DNA of 64,000 nt from Nitrospiria bacterium (lineage in GTDB: Bacteria; Nitrospirota; Nitrospiria; JACQCE01), in contig DATIZH010000007.1 in assembly GCA_035517195.1 (NCBI GenBank), positions 41,884-105,883 of the forward strand, written 5' to 3'. The notes below the pieces were generated by a model that searched no databases, was not told where the DNA came from, and saw nothing but the letters and a program-made list of their open reading frames with translations. Positions 1-10,127 of the stretch are shown piece after piece (position 1 is the first letter of the stretch; each line of letters begins with the position of its first letter). Position numbers and translations under genes: made by a program.

Positions 1-795
1 CTGTTGGAGCGGCATGGGCTTGGCACCTTTGAATCGTTGATGGGGTATGAGGAAGGGATCGTGGTGAAACACCAGAAAGGCAAGCGGATTTTTCAACTCC
101 GCCTGGAATGGGAGGGCGCGCCGATCGTCTTCTATCTGAAGCGACATCGGCTTCCGCTCACGGCGGGACAACGCCTGATGCACCTGTTCGGCCGGCGGGT
201 ATACACCGAAGGAGGCAAGGAATGGGAGTCTATACTGGCGTTTCATGATCGACAATTGCCCTCCGCCACCCCGGTGGCCATGGGCGAGCGCGTCCTTCCG
301 GGCGGCATTCAGGAGTCATTCGTGCTGACGCGCGGTCTGGAGGAGTACGAGCCGCTGGAAAGCCTGGCGCCAAAGCGGTTTGCCCTGCCGTTGAGCGCTG
401 AACGTGTCAAGGAAAAGAGGACGCTCATCCGCGCCATTGCCGGGTTGACGGCCGCCATGCACTGGCATGGATTTTATCACCGTGATTTCTACTCGCCGCA
501 TCTGATGCTGCGCAAAGACGGACCGCCGCTGTCCCCGGATCTCAAGCTGATTGATCTCCAGCGCGTGCTCGCCTTTCCCTGGCTCAGGCGCCGTTGGAAG
601 GTGAAGGACCTGGCGTCAATACACTTTTCCTTTCAACACCTCGGATTGACTCGAACAGACAAGATGCGTTTTCTGAAGACGTATCACCCGTTGGCCGCGC
701 GCGATCGCTCCCTCGTGAGCGCGATTCTCCGCAAGACCGACAGGATCGCCCGCCATGACAGACACACCGCAGGACCCCGGGGGATTGCATCATGA
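1..795 (+). CDS. Lipopolysaccharide kinase (Kdo/WaaP/InaA) family protein, 5' end probably outside the window
   Basis: Frame is open to base 1. Catalytic-loop-like WHGFYHRDFYSPHLML and downstream KLIDLQRV resemble LPS-core kinases. Followed by core-type glycosyltransferases. Confidence 0.55.
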   Translation: MLERHGLGTFESLMGYEEGIVVKHQKGKRIFQLRLEWEGAPIVFYLKRHRLPLTAGQRLMHLFGRRVYTEGGKEWESILAFHDRQLPSATPVAMGERVLPGGIQESFVLTRGLEEYEPLESLAPKRFALPLSAERVKEKRTLIRAIAGLTAAMHWHGFYHRDFYSPHLMLRKDGPPLSPDLKLIDLQRVLAFPWLRRRWKVKDLASIHFSFQHLGLTRTDKMRFLKTYHPLAARDRSLVSAILRKTDRIARHDRHTAGPRGIAS

Positions 796-1523
796 CGCTG
801 CTCATCAACAAAACCTATGAGCCGACCGATCTTGATGAGCGCATCGTCAAGGACCAGGTCCGGGCACTAAGCCACTATGCGCTCAAGATGTTTCTTCGCG
901 GGGCGCCATTTGCCGTCAATGGAGTGCTCCGGCGGCGCTTCTACGTCAGGACGTTCAAAATGTGGGAATATGCCAGGGGACTGGCATTCAGTCAGATACG
1001 TCCCCCCATGCGTGTGCTCGATTTCGGAGGAGGGGCCACGCTCCCGGTGTTCTTCCTGGCCGAACGGGGTTGCGAGGTCGTGAGCGTCGATATCAATCAG
1101 CGATTTACAGATTATGCCAATGCCTTCGCCGCGCGGCACGCGCTTCGTCTGACGGCCAGCTCTCGTGATCTTGTGTCATCTCCGGTGCCGGAAGACTGGG
1201 GGATGTTCGATCGGATCATCTCCTTCTGCGTCATTGAACATTTGCCCCAGGATGCGCAAGTCCCCACGATGAAAAAGCTGGCCGGTCTGCTGCGGCCCGG
1301 CGGGATTATGGCGGTGACATTTGATTTCGGTCCACAGGCCCCGAGTGAATGGCCGCTTCGCTCCCGACAGGATGTCGATCGACTCGTTCGGGAATCGGGA
1401 CTACGATTGATCGGGAACACTGACTTTCGGTCGGTGGATCGATTCTACGTCATCGATAAGAAATATCCGCACGCCAAGTTTACACTCGGATCATTGTTTC
1501 TGACGACGCCGACGCCTGGTTGA
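792..1523 (+). CDS. Class I SAM-dependent methyltransferase
   Basis: SAM motif I VLDFGGGATLPVFFLAERGCEVVSVD. ATGA start/stop overlap with the upstream gene. Confidence 0.7.
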   Translation: MTLLINKTYEPTDLDERIVKDQVRALSHYALKMFLRGAPFAVNGVLRRRFYVRTFKMWEYARGLAFSQIRPPMRVLDFGGGATLPVFFLAERGCEVVSVDINQRFTDYANAFAARHALRLTASSRDLVSSPVPEDWGMFDRIISFCVIEHLPQDAQVPTMKKLAGLLRPGGIMAVTFDFGPQAPSEWPLRSRQDVDRLVRESGLRLIGNTDFRSVDRFYVIDKKYPHAKFTLGSLFLTTPTPG

Positions 1524-2660
1524 GTGGGCAGCATGGGTGTCTTATCGACATCGGAGCCGAAGCCCGGCGAACAACTGAGGAGGATCGAGCGCCCCTCATC
1601 CGCTCTATCGGCTCGCGGTCCCTTTCCACTGGATCAGATCCGGAACATTCTCGTGATCAAGCTCCGGTACATTGGAGATACCGTGTTGATCACCCCGGTG
1701 TTGGAGTCCCTCAGGGGCGCGTTGCCCGACTCCTCCATCACCGCTGTGGTGGCGAAGGGAACGGAGCCAGTTCTGGAAAATCACCCGGCCATTGATGACG
1801 TGCTCCCCATTGATCGAACGGCGCCTGTCTTCAAATATGTCAATGATCTGCGTTCAATCCGCCTCAAACAGGCCGATCTTGCCATCGATTTGACCGGAGC
1901 CGACCGCTCGGGGTTTCTCGCACGTTGGAGCGGCGCGCCGATCCGGATGGGCTATCGGGGTCGAAACAGATTGAGGAACCGTCTGTTTTATAACGTGCTG
2001 ATTGATGCTGATGATGGCCGTCTGCACCGGATTGATCACCATCTCGTGATGATCGATGCCATGGGCATTCCCATCGCGACCAGATCCCCGAGGCTCGTTC
2101 TGTCCGATGACGAACTCTGCGGCGCCACCGATCTGTTGAGGCGAAACGGGCTTGATTCGACTGACCCCTATATCGTGCTGCATCCAGGCGCACGCCGCTG
2201 GTATAAGTGCTGGCCGTTGGATAATTTTTCACGATTGGCTGATCGGATAGTTCGGGAGCTGCGCATCCCTGTAATCCTCGCCGGCGGTGAGACCGACCGG
2301 GTGGCGGTTGAGACGATCGAACGAGGAATGGAGGCGACCTGTCTCAACTTGGCCTCCCGCCTCAACCTCCGCGAATTATCCGCCGTGCTGAAACTGGCGG
2401 CGATCTGTGTCGTCAATGACAGCAGCCCGATGCATCTGGCCGCCGCGGTAGGGACGCCGACCGTTTCGCTCTTCGGCCTCACCGATCCGAACCTCTGGGC
2501 GCCGCGCGGGCCGAATCATCTGGTCATCAGCCGCGACTGTCCATGTCGGCCTTACGGCCATCGTCGTGAGTGTCCAGAGGGAGACAATCGGTGCATGGCC
2601 AAGATATCCGTCACGGAAGTTTTCAACACCATCTGTACGTTGTTGCCGGACCCGACATGA
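1524..2660 (+). CDS. Glycosyltransferase family 9 (heptosyltransferase-like)
   Basis: N-terminal ILVIKLRYIGDTVLITPVLESLR and C-terminal NDSSPMHLAAAVGTPTVSLFG are GT9 hallmarks. Alternative ATG at 1533. Confidence 0.8.
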   Translation: MGSMGVLSTSEPKPGEQLRRIERPSSALSARGPFPLDQIRNILVIKLRYIGDTVLITPVLESLRGALPDSSITAVVAKGTEPVLENHPAIDDVLPIDRTAPVFKYVNDLRSIRLKQADLAIDLTGADRSGFLARWSGAPIRMGYRGRNRLRNRLFYNVLIDADDGRLHRIDHHLVMIDAMGIPIATRSPRLVLSDDELCGATDLLRRNGLDSTDPYIVLHPGARRWYKCWPLDNFSRLADRIVRELRIPVILAGGETDRVAVETIERGMEATCLNLASRLNLRELSAVLKLAAICVVNDSSPMHLAAAVGTPTVSLFGLTDPNLWAPRGPNHLVISRDCPCRPYGHRRECPEGDNRCMAKISVTEVFNTICTLLPDPT

Positions 2661-3730
2661 CTTCCGTCCGCGGTTCTGGCCCGGTCAGCCCGAGAGTGTT
2701 ATTTCTCTTCATGAATGCCACCGATCCGAGCGCGCGGATCCGGGTCTTCAACCTCCTTCCTGATTTACAGAAGGCCGGCTTCAAACTCGAATGCGTGCCG
2801 TATCCGCATCACATTCAGCGCAAACTCAAACTGCTCAGGGAGTGCCGGAAATACGACGTCGTCGTGGTCCATCGGAAGCTCCTGCCCATTGTCGACACGA
2901 TCCTGTTAAGAAGGAACGCCAGGCGACTAATCTTCGATTTTGATGACGCCATCTATCATCGATCCGATCTCCATTCGCGGACGGATCTGGACAGCCGATC
3001 GCGCCTGATGAAGTTTCAATATCTAGTGAGACGAGCAGACTTGGTCATTGCGGGAAACAGGATCCTGGCGGACTATGCCAAACAGTTCAATCGCCGCGTC
3101 TCGATTTTGCCCTCGTCCGTGGAGACTCGCGGCATCCCCACCAAACAGTATGGCGTCCCATCCGATCGGACGATTATTGGGTGGGTCGGCGGCGCGTACA
3201 ATCTGCACCATTTGCAGTTGCTGACACCCGTGTTCCAGAAGCTAGCCGGTCATCACAACATACAAGTGCGCATCCTCTGCAGCGAAAGGATTGAGATCCC
3301 TTCTGTAGACGTCCGATTGATACCCTGGAAACTGGAGACGCAAGAGGCTGAGATCGCCGCCTGTGATATCGGCGTGATGCCGCTCCCTGACAACAAATCG
3401 ACCGAAGGCAAATGCGGGTACAAAGCCTTGCAATATATGGCCGCGATGGTTCCGACCGTGGTCTCTGATGTGGGAGTGAATCGTGAAATTGTAGAGCATG
3501 GACGAGAGGGATTTGTCGTCAAGGCCATCGATGACTTCTACGGAGCCTTAGAAGCTCTAATTATCGACAAAACCCTAAGATATGAGATGGGGGTATGCGC
3601 TAGGAAGAAGGTTGAAAGGCTGTATTCTGTCGACCTGATCGGACGCCGTCTGGCCGCGATGTTACGACAGTGCATCATGGGAGATAACCCTACGGAAGAT
3701 GAGGATCGTCACATCGTCGCAAGGAATTAG
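2657..3730 (+). CDS. Glycosyltransferase family 4 (GT-B fold)
   Basis: C-terminal EGKCGYKALQYMAAMVPTVVSDVGVNREIVEHGREGFVV. Start moved from ORF-track 2570 to in-frame ATG 2657, which forms an ATGA overlap with the GT9 stop. Confidence 0.7.
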   Translation: MTSVRGSGPVSPRVLFLFMNATDPSARIRVFNLLPDLQKAGFKLECVPYPHHIQRKLKLLRECRKYDVVVVHRKLLPIVDTILLRRNARRLIFDFDDAIYHRSDLHSRTDLDSRSRLMKFQYLVRRADLVIAGNRILADYAKQFNRRVSILPSSVETRGIPTKQYGVPSDRTIIGWVGGAYNLHHLQLLTPVFQKLAGHHNIQVRILCSERIEIPSVDVRLIPWKLETQEAEIAACDIGVMPLPDNKSTEGKCGYKALQYMAAMVPTVVSDVGVNREIVEHGREGFVVKAIDDFYGALEALIIDKTLRYEMGVCARKKVERLYSVDLIGRRLAAMLRQCIMGDNPTEDEDRHIVARN

Positions 3731-3763
3731 CTGATTGAGACGAGTTAGGCCACAAATTGCGCT

Positions 3764-4480
3764 TTGACTAGCATGATTGATTGGACTACATTCACAAATG
3801 ATCCGAACGATCCGACGACGCAGTCACGGGTATTGGAGGAAATACGACGCATTCAACTGGTGCATTGCGATACCGATCTCGTGGGGTATGTCGAACGGGT
3901 CGCTGCGGGCAAGAGGATGCTTGATATCGGGATGGCCGATCCATCGCATTTTCTCGGTGATGCATGGCGCCATCATCGATTTACCATGGTCGCTTCATAT
4001 TGCCTCGGTATTGACATCAATAAACGTCTCGTTGAAGGCGCGTTACAGCGAGGCTACAATGTGCGCGAGGTGGATGCCACTTCTGAGATTGATCTTGGCG
4101 TACGATTTGATCTTGTGTTCAATGGCGATGTGATTGAACACGTGGATAACCCGATTCGACTGATGAAGTTTTCCGCACGACATCTCGCGCCAGGAGGACG
4201 CATTCTGGTATCAACGCCGAACCCGTTTAGTCATAAATTTTATCGTAAATTCAGGCGAGCGAAGACGGCCATTGTGAATCTGGATCATGTTGCCTGGTTT
4301 ACACCAACCATGGCGAATGAAATTGCCCGACGCAGCGGCCTTCGGCTAGAACAGATCCATCTGGTCAGACGCATGGGGGTGATACAACGTGCGCTAAAAA
4401 ATATCGCATGGAACATCGAACCCATTGAGTACAGTTTCCCCGCTTATCTTTTTGAATTCAGCCGTCCGTCATTAACGTAA
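3764..4480 (+). CDS. Class I SAM-dependent methyltransferase
   Basis: MLDIGMADP and FDLVFNGDVIEHVDNPIRLMKFSARHLAPGGRILVSTPN (Methyltransf_11/23-like). ATG at 3773 is an alternative start. Confidence 0.65.
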   Translation: MTSMIDWTTFTNDPNDPTTQSRVLEEIRRIQLVHCDTDLVGYVERVAAGKRMLDIGMADPSHFLGDAWRHHRFTMVASYCLGIDINKRLVEGALQRGYNVREVDATSEIDLGVRFDLVFNGDVIEHVDNPIRLMKFSARHLAPGGRILVSTPNPFSHKFYRKFRRAKTAIVNLDHVAWFTPTMANEIARRSGLRLEQIHLVRRMGVIQRALKNIAWNIEPIEYSFPAYLFEFSRPSLT

Positions 4481-4536
4481 CGTATCGTAATGGAACGCCA
4501 TCACACCTTTGCCACCGTTGTGTCCGTGTTGTATCC

Positions 4537-5658
4537 ATGGGGATCTTCCGTGATGAACGCTTCCCTTCCATGAGGCTCCTTTTTGTAATCACCAATCTGA
4601 GTGGCGGCGGCGCTGAAAAATCAACGGTCAAGCTGCTTGAAGGGCTCGCCGGCCGCGGACATGAAGTACATTTGCTCCTCTTGGAAAATAAGATCGTCTA
4701 TACAGTGCCATCAGGGGTGCGTGTCCATGTTTTGTTGCCGGCCGGGAGGAGACTCTCTTCTGGATGGGTCGCCAAACGCGTAATGGCTCTGCGTCTTCGC
4801 GCGTGGTATCGCCACATGACGGCAACCGCCCACTTTGATCTCTCCATTTCGGCACTTCCTTATGCTGATGAAATGGTGCGGTTGGCTCATTTGGGAAATT
4901 GCTGTCATCAAATCCATCATATGCTGTCAGGAGAAATTAGGCAATTGTCGCTGAAAAGTCCGCGTAAGGCGGCACGTCGATTAAACCGGTACCGAAAACT
5001 GTATTCCGGTCGCAGATTGATTGCCGTGTCAGAGGGCATTGCGCGTGATCTCAGCGACACCGTTGGAGTGACTAACTCATCAATTGTCATCATTCATAAT
5101 CCTTTTGATTTCAATGAAATTCGCCAATTATCCCTCTTCTTGGAACCGGATCTGCCCAAAGAACCCTACATAATTCATGTCGGAAGATTCTCAATGCAAA
5201 AACGTCATGATCTGTTGCTGACAGCGTTTGCTGAATCTCACATTCCACATTTGTTGGTGCTGCTTACCGATCCGGTGCCACAACTCGTTGAGATGATCGA
5301 ATCGCGTGGATTGACCTCGCGTGTTATCATTGCCGGGTTCCGCAACAATCCTTACCCATGGTACGCCCGTGCCCTGGCCCTGGTGCTCAGCTCCGATTAC
5401 GAAGGCATGCCGAATGTTCTTGTCGAGGCCCTGGCATGCGGCGTGCCTGTCGTAAGCACGGCTTGCGGTTCGGGCGCCAGTGAGATTCTTGCTGGTCCAA
5501 TGCGTCACTTTCTGGTGCCATGTGGAGACGTTGCCAGGCTTGCGCAAGCGATTCGTGACGTCGTGCAATCCCCCCCGATCATCGACCCCGGATTGCTGTC
5601 CGCGTTTTCAAGCGAAGATGTGATCGGCAAAATTGAGTCGCTTGCCATCGGCGAGTAA
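4537..5658 (+). CDS. Glycosyltransferase family 4
   Basis: MRLLFVITNLSGGGAEKS near the N-terminus (ATG 4570 may be the true start) and SDYEGMPNVLVEALACGVPVVST. Confidence 0.75.
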   Translation: MGIFRDERFPSMRLLFVITNLSGGGAEKSTVKLLEGLAGRGHEVHLLLLENKIVYTVPSGVRVHVLLPAGRRLSSGWVAKRVMALRLRAWYRHMTATAHFDLSISALPYADEMVRLAHLGNCCHQIHHMLSGEIRQLSLKSPRKAARRLNRYRKLYSGRRLIAVSEGIARDLSDTVGVTNSSIVIIHNPFDFNEIRQLSLFLEPDLPKEPYIIHVGRFSMQKRHDLLLTAFAESHIPHLLVLLTDPVPQLVEMIESRGLTSRVIIAGFRNNPYPWYARALALVLSSDYEGMPNVLVEALACGVPVVSTACGSGASEILAGPMRHFLVPCGDVARLAQAIRDVVQSPPIIDPGLLSAFSSEDVIGKIESLAIGE

Positions 5659-6411
5659 ATCTATTATCTGCATCACATCGCATCATCACATCATTCATCA
5701 TAATTAATCATGCAATAATGATTGAAATCCGATATGACCAGACCATGGATGCGGCATGATAATTGTTCCACCAACGCGCAACTCTGTACGCAGTATTTTC
5801 ATGTGTAGAGGGTGGAATCAAGAGCGTCAGCTCCGCGGAGGCCTCCAGTTGACTCGAAAGAAACATGCCCACTCTGGAAACTGACGAACCGCATTGGCGG
5901 CCGGTGCTATTGTAATCGGACTATTGAGACGAGTGTTGTTGGGTTGAGCACCACAATATCACTTGCGTTATGTTCACAATTGAATGTTATATCTACTGTC
6001 ACTGCGATGCGGCCATCCGACAGGATAATCAATCGAGTGTTGTTCTAGTGAAGCATCGGAGACACCTTATAAAAGAGGTTTATCCTGCATGTCATTGCCC
6101 ATCCATCATCGACACGGGCTGAGTTCCAAATGAACACTGGAATGCATTATGGTATTCAAACCGGTCAATGGATTGTGGTCTTGGAAGTTCTATCTGACAG
6201 TAGGGGACGCGATAGCGGAGTCTATCCATTTGACTTAATCTTGATCAAAACGTGAGACCTGTGATGCACTTTATTCCCTTTGGACTCGTACACTACCTCG
6301 AGCCGGGTTCCATGTGGCGACCAGGTTGCTTAATCACCTGCTGGTCGCTATAATAACGCAACCGTCGTCCATGTTTATCCTTGGCGATCATCGAATAGCT
6401 CGGCTAGTACA
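5659..6411. other. AT-rich ~750-bp gap with no convincing ORF
   Basis: Visibly lower GC than the flanks (runs such as catcatcacatcattcatcataattaatcatgcaataatgattgaaatc). The only track ORF, 5812-6048, has no recognisable motif. The 11-mer cgagtgttgtt occurs twice (about 5930 and 6034). Confidence 0.5.
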
Positions 6412-7086
6412 TTGTCGATGAGACCACATCCGAAAACTCTTGAATCCGAATTATCCGCTGATGAATTAGGCTGTCTCACCGGATTATTGAAGACGAACCA
6501 CTTGTCCGGCGATCATTTGGAAATTGGAACGGCCGCCGGGGGGACACTCGCCGTGATGATGAATTGCTACGATCAATTGTCACGCCCGCATTTTGTCGTC
6601 ATTGATACCATGACATATTTTGCGGACCAGTATGATATTATTCGTCGAAATCTTCGGTTGCGCGGTCTTGATCCGGATTCCGTCGAGTTTCGTGTGGCGC
6701 GGAGTTTCGACGCGTTCAAGGAGGCCGAACGGTTGTCCGAGCGATTTGGATTTATCTTTATTGATGGCGCCCATGGGTGTCGCTATGTCATGCAGGATCT
6801 CACCTGGAGTAGGTTGTTGGAAAGGGGAGGGTTCCTGTGCCTTCATGATTATTCTGAGAAAACCCGTGGCGTGATCGTGGCGGCGAATAGATTTTTAAAG
6901 AAATACCCACACTACAAGAAAATTGCACTCGTGGGTTCATTATTGGTGATACAAAAAACCGGCGATACATCAGTGCCGGAGGTGACCTGGGCCGATCACC
7001 GCTATGCGACGATGATGTCGCTCTCGCTGCAACTTCGACGGAGCATTGAGAAGCGATGTGCCGGCATGAGAATGCGGACCGGCTGA
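6412..7086 (+). CDS. Class I SAM-dependent methyltransferase (Methyltransf_24-like)
   Basis: HLEIGTAAGGTL and FIFIDGAHGCRYVMQDL. ATG at 6418 is an alternative start. Confidence 0.6.
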   Translation: MSMRPHPKTLESELSADELGCLTGLLKTNHLSGDHLEIGTAAGGTLAVMMNCYDQLSRPHFVVIDTMTYFADQYDIIRRNLRLRGLDPDSVEFRVARSFDAFKEAERLSERFGFIFIDGAHGCRYVMQDLTWSRLLERGGFLCLHDYSEKTRGVIVAANRFLKKYPHYKKIALVGSLLVIQKTGDTSVPEVTWADHRYATMMSLSLQLRRSIEKRCAGMRMRTG

Positions 7087-8483
7087 TGACCGACAGTCAC
7101 GGCGCCTCTTCAGACGATCACATGCTGGTGTCGGTCAAGCATCGCGGTTGGCGCGGCCAGGTGATCTCAGTGTTCACCGATCCCGCCGTGCTGGACCGGT
7201 ATATCTCCATCCGAGATGCCATCCAACGGGATGAAGCCACGGTCATCAAAGATATAGGCGGTCGGGCGGTGACAGTGATCCAGGTGCCGATCAATGGGCG
7301 GACAATCCCAGTGATCGTCAAACAGGACGACCTCATGGTGTCAGGCGTTCGTGCACTGCTCAAGAGTCATCTGAAGTCCCCGCACGTGCGTAAGGCATGG
7401 CGGTGGACGCTTCGGTTGCGCGACGCCGGCGTCTCAGTTCCGGCGCCAGTCGCCCTGCTTGAACGACGACGATGGGGCGTGTTGTGTACCACGGTCTTTG
7501 TCGGAGAATATCTTCCGAACGCCGCCCCGCTTGCCCATTTGTTGCGACGGGGGGATGTGTCGGGCACAGACCGTGACGATCTGCTTGCGACCCTGGCTAG
7601 GGAACTCCGCTTCATGCACGACTGCGGGTTTTATCACGGTGATCTCAAACCGGTCAATATTCTTGCAGAACACCGGGCCGACGGCTGGATCGTCACCTTC
7701 ATTGATCTGGAAGGCGTGGCGGCCAAACCATGCCTGACAGAAAGGGAGCGGGCCATTGACTTGGGAAGGCTCCGGTGGGCCCTGATACCGTTGATGGACG
7801 ATCCCGCTTGGGAGCGGTTTCTTGAGGCCTATGCCACTATTGCACCGTCCATTGACCTGTTCCTTCTAAGACGCGTGACCGAGTGCCGGATCGAGTACTT
7901 GTCAACGAGGCGGTTCGGAGATTTGCCTCGAATCGGCACCGCGCTGCTCGACGCGCCTGATCAACCGCATCGATGGCTCATCGTCGCGTTGGACTCGCCG
8001 CGGCGTGTGATTCAGGCCATACCACTCCTGGTCCTCTTGCGGTGGCGCTTCCCGTCACTGCATTTAGATCTCCTGGTGCACAGCAGCGCAGCTCCGTTGC
8101 TCGCGCGACACCCCGATATGCGCGTCGCGACCCTCCTTCCGGATGCCTCGATGATGTCGACCATAAAGACGATTCGTTCGAGACACTATCAGGTGGTGAT
8201 TGATGTGACGAATGGTGTTCGGTCGGCGGCCCTGACTCGGGCGAGCAGCGCCAAAATTCGCATCGGCTATCGGACGGCGTCGACCCTGGCCAAATGGATC
8301 AACAGGGCGACCTGGTATACTCACATGATCGTGGCGCGACCTGAGCACCGATTGCCGGAGGATTACTTTCTAATGGTTGCCGAGGCGCTCGGTGTCGACT
8401 GTGTCGGGAGACCTCTTCACAAAGTGTGCGAGAACTATGACAAGCAGAACGCCGCTCCCATGGCACAGAGTGACCCTGTATGA
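7086..8483 (+). CDS. LPS-kinase domain fused to the N-terminal half of a GT9-like domain
   Basis: Kinase motifs FYHGDLKPVNIL and FIDLEG. C-terminal RWLIVALDSPRRVIQAIPLLVLLRWRFP...YQVVIDVTNGVRSAALTRASSAKIRIGYR resembles a GT9 N-domain. TGATG junction with the upstream gene, so start moved from 7056. Confidence 0.6.
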   Translation: MTDSHGASSDDHMLVSVKHRGWRGQVISVFTDPAVLDRYISIRDAIQRDEATVIKDIGGRAVTVIQVPINGRTIPVIVKQDDLMVSGVRALLKSHLKSPHVRKAWRWTLRLRDAGVSVPAPVALLERRRWGVLCTTVFVGEYLPNAAPLAHLLRRGDVSGTDRDDLLATLARELRFMHDCGFYHGDLKPVNILAEHRADGWIVTFIDLEGVAAKPCLTERERAIDLGRLRWALIPLMDDPAWERFLEAYATIAPSIDLFLLRRVTECRIEYLSTRRFGDLPRIGTALLDAPDQPHRWLIVALDSPRRVIQAIPLLVLLRWRFPSLHLDLLVHSSAAPLLARHPDMRVATLLPDASMMSTIKTIRSRHYQVVIDVTNGVRSAALTRASSAKIRIGYRTASTLAKWINRATWYTHMIVARPEHRLPEDYFLMVAEALGVDCVGRPLHKVCENYDKQNAAPMAQSDPV

Positions 8484-9559
8484 AGGCGTTGATCGCGGCC
8501 GGCGGAAGAGGGACGAGGTTGCGGCCGATCACCTATACGAATAATAAACATTTGATCCCGATCGCGAACAAACCAATGTTATTTTACGCGATCGAAGCCG
8601 TGGCTGCGGCCGGCATTACCGAGATCGGTCTTGTGTTCGGTCCCGAGAGTCACAAGGCCATCAGTGCGGCCATTGCCCCATTGGCCACGCAAGGACTTCG
8701 ATTTACGTTAATGATCCAAGACGCCCCACTTGGGTTGGCCCATGTCGTCCGATTAGCCGAAACATTCGTTGCCGGCGATGATTTCGTCTTCTACTTGGGC
8801 GACAATCTCATGACTCACGACGTTCGTCGATGCGTTGATCAATTTCGTTCCCAGCACCTCAATTGCCTGCTGGTGCTGGCGCAGGTGAAAGAACCTCAGC
8901 GGTTCGGCGTGGCCGAGATCCAAGCCGGACGGATCGTCAGCGTCGAGGAAAAGCCGTTGCAGCCGAAAAGCTCATACGCGGTGGCCGGGCTATATATTTA
9001 CGACCGGTCGATCTTCGAGGCCGTTTCAAGGCTGCGACCAAGCGCGCGGGGCGAGCTGGAGATTTCCGATGCCCATCAGTATCTGCTGGATCATGGGTTT
9101 CGCGTGGGCTATACGGAAATTGACGGTTGGTGGAAGGATACGGGGAAGCCGGAAGATCTGTTGGAAGCCAATCGAATGGTGCTCGAGCAAATGTCCGCTG
9201 CCAGGATGATGCGTCATGAAGGAACGGTGGACGGCGCTTCTACCATCGAGGGCAATGTCACGATCGAAGCCGGGGCTCGGGTCGTGGCGAGTCGCATTCG
9301 GGGTCCGTCGATTATCGGGAAGAACAGCGTCGTAGAGAGGAGTTATATCGGGCCCTTTACCGCCATTGGGCCGGATTGCGGCATTGTCAACAGCGAGATC
9401 GAATACAGCATCCTCTTGGATGGGTGCCGGGTCAATGATGCCGAGATCCGAATCGAACGGAGCCTGCTCGGACGCGGAGTGGAGATCATCAAGGGGCAGC
9501 ACCGCCCCAGAATCCAGCGCTTGATCGTGGGTGATCAAAGTCGAATCGAGTTGCCGTAG
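8480..9559 (+). CDS. rmlA: Glucose-1-phosphate thymidylyltransferase-like sugar nucleotidyltransferase (long form with C-terminal hexapeptide-repeat region)
   Basis: MKALIAAGGRGTRLRPITYTNNKHLIPIANKPM signature. C-terminal I/V-G-x repeats. ATGA overlap with the upstream gene. Confidence 0.7.
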   Translation: MKALIAAGGRGTRLRPITYTNNKHLIPIANKPMLFYAIEAVAAAGITEIGLVFGPESHKAISAAIAPLATQGLRFTLMIQDAPLGLAHVVRLAETFVAGDDFVFYLGDNLMTHDVRRCVDQFRSQHLNCLLVLAQVKEPQRFGVAEIQAGRIVSVEEKPLQPKSSYAVAGLYIYDRSIFEAVSRLRPSARGELEISDAHQYLLDHGFRVGYTEIDGWWKDTGKPEDLLEANRMVLEQMSAARMMRHEGTVDGASTIEGNVTIEAGARVVASRIRGPSIIGKNSVVERSYIGPFTAIGPDCGIVNSEIEYSILLDGCRVNDAEIRIERSLLGRGVEIIKGQHRPRIQRLIVGDQSRIELP

Positions 9560-9567
9560 TCAAGCCA

Positions 9568-10077
9568 ATGGCGACGAATCTGCCACAGCGCGGTTCCCAC
9601 ATCAACGGGGTGTCGATCAAGGAACTCAAGGCGTTGAGCGATGACCGGGGATTTTTAATGGAAATGTTGCGGGCCGACGAGCCGATCTACGAGCGTTTCG
9701 GCCAGGTCTATATCACCGGTTGCAAGCGCGGTGTCGTCAAAGGCTGGCACTATCACAAGGAACAGACGGATCATTTCATCTGCGTGGCCGGCCGCGCCTT
9801 GGTGGTACTGTATGATCCGCGGGAGGGGTCGTCTTCGAAAGGATGGGTTGAAGAGCATTACCTGGAGTCACCGCCCGGGTCGGACCGGCCGCCGATCCTG
9901 TTGAAAATTCCCCCATATGTCTACCATGGATTCACGGCAGTTGAATGCGACGAGGCGCGCCTCATCAATGTGCCCACGCTGCCCTATCGCCACGACCGGC
10001 CGGATGAATTCCGCCATCCGTGGAACAGCACTGATATTCCCTATCAATGGCCCGCCGACGTCACACGGGGCGGGTGA
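9568..10077 (+). CDS. dTDP-4-dehydrorhamnose 3,5-epimerase-like cupin (short RmlC/SpsL type)
   Basis: DDRGFLMEM...VKGWHYHKEQTDHFICVAGRALVVLYD...IPPYVYHGF matches the RmlC-type cupin pattern. Lies between rmlA-like and rfbB. Confidence 0.6.
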   Translation: MATNLPQRGSHINGVSIKELKALSDDRGFLMEMLRADEPIYERFGQVYITGCKRGVVKGWHYHKEQTDHFICVAGRALVVLYDPREGSSSKGWVEEHYLESPPGSDRPPILLKIPPYVYHGFTAVECDEARLINVPTLPYRHDRPDEFRHPWNSTDIPYQWPADVTRGG

Positions 10078-10127
10078 CCTCCGATGGTTCGAAACGGCTT
10101 CGCCAACACCCCACACAGGGTCGCAGG

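Noticed and set aside
5812-6048. 78-aa ORF in the AT-rich gap
   Set aside because: No ribosome-binding site, no motif, and atypical composition. It is kept only as part of the unexplained gap.
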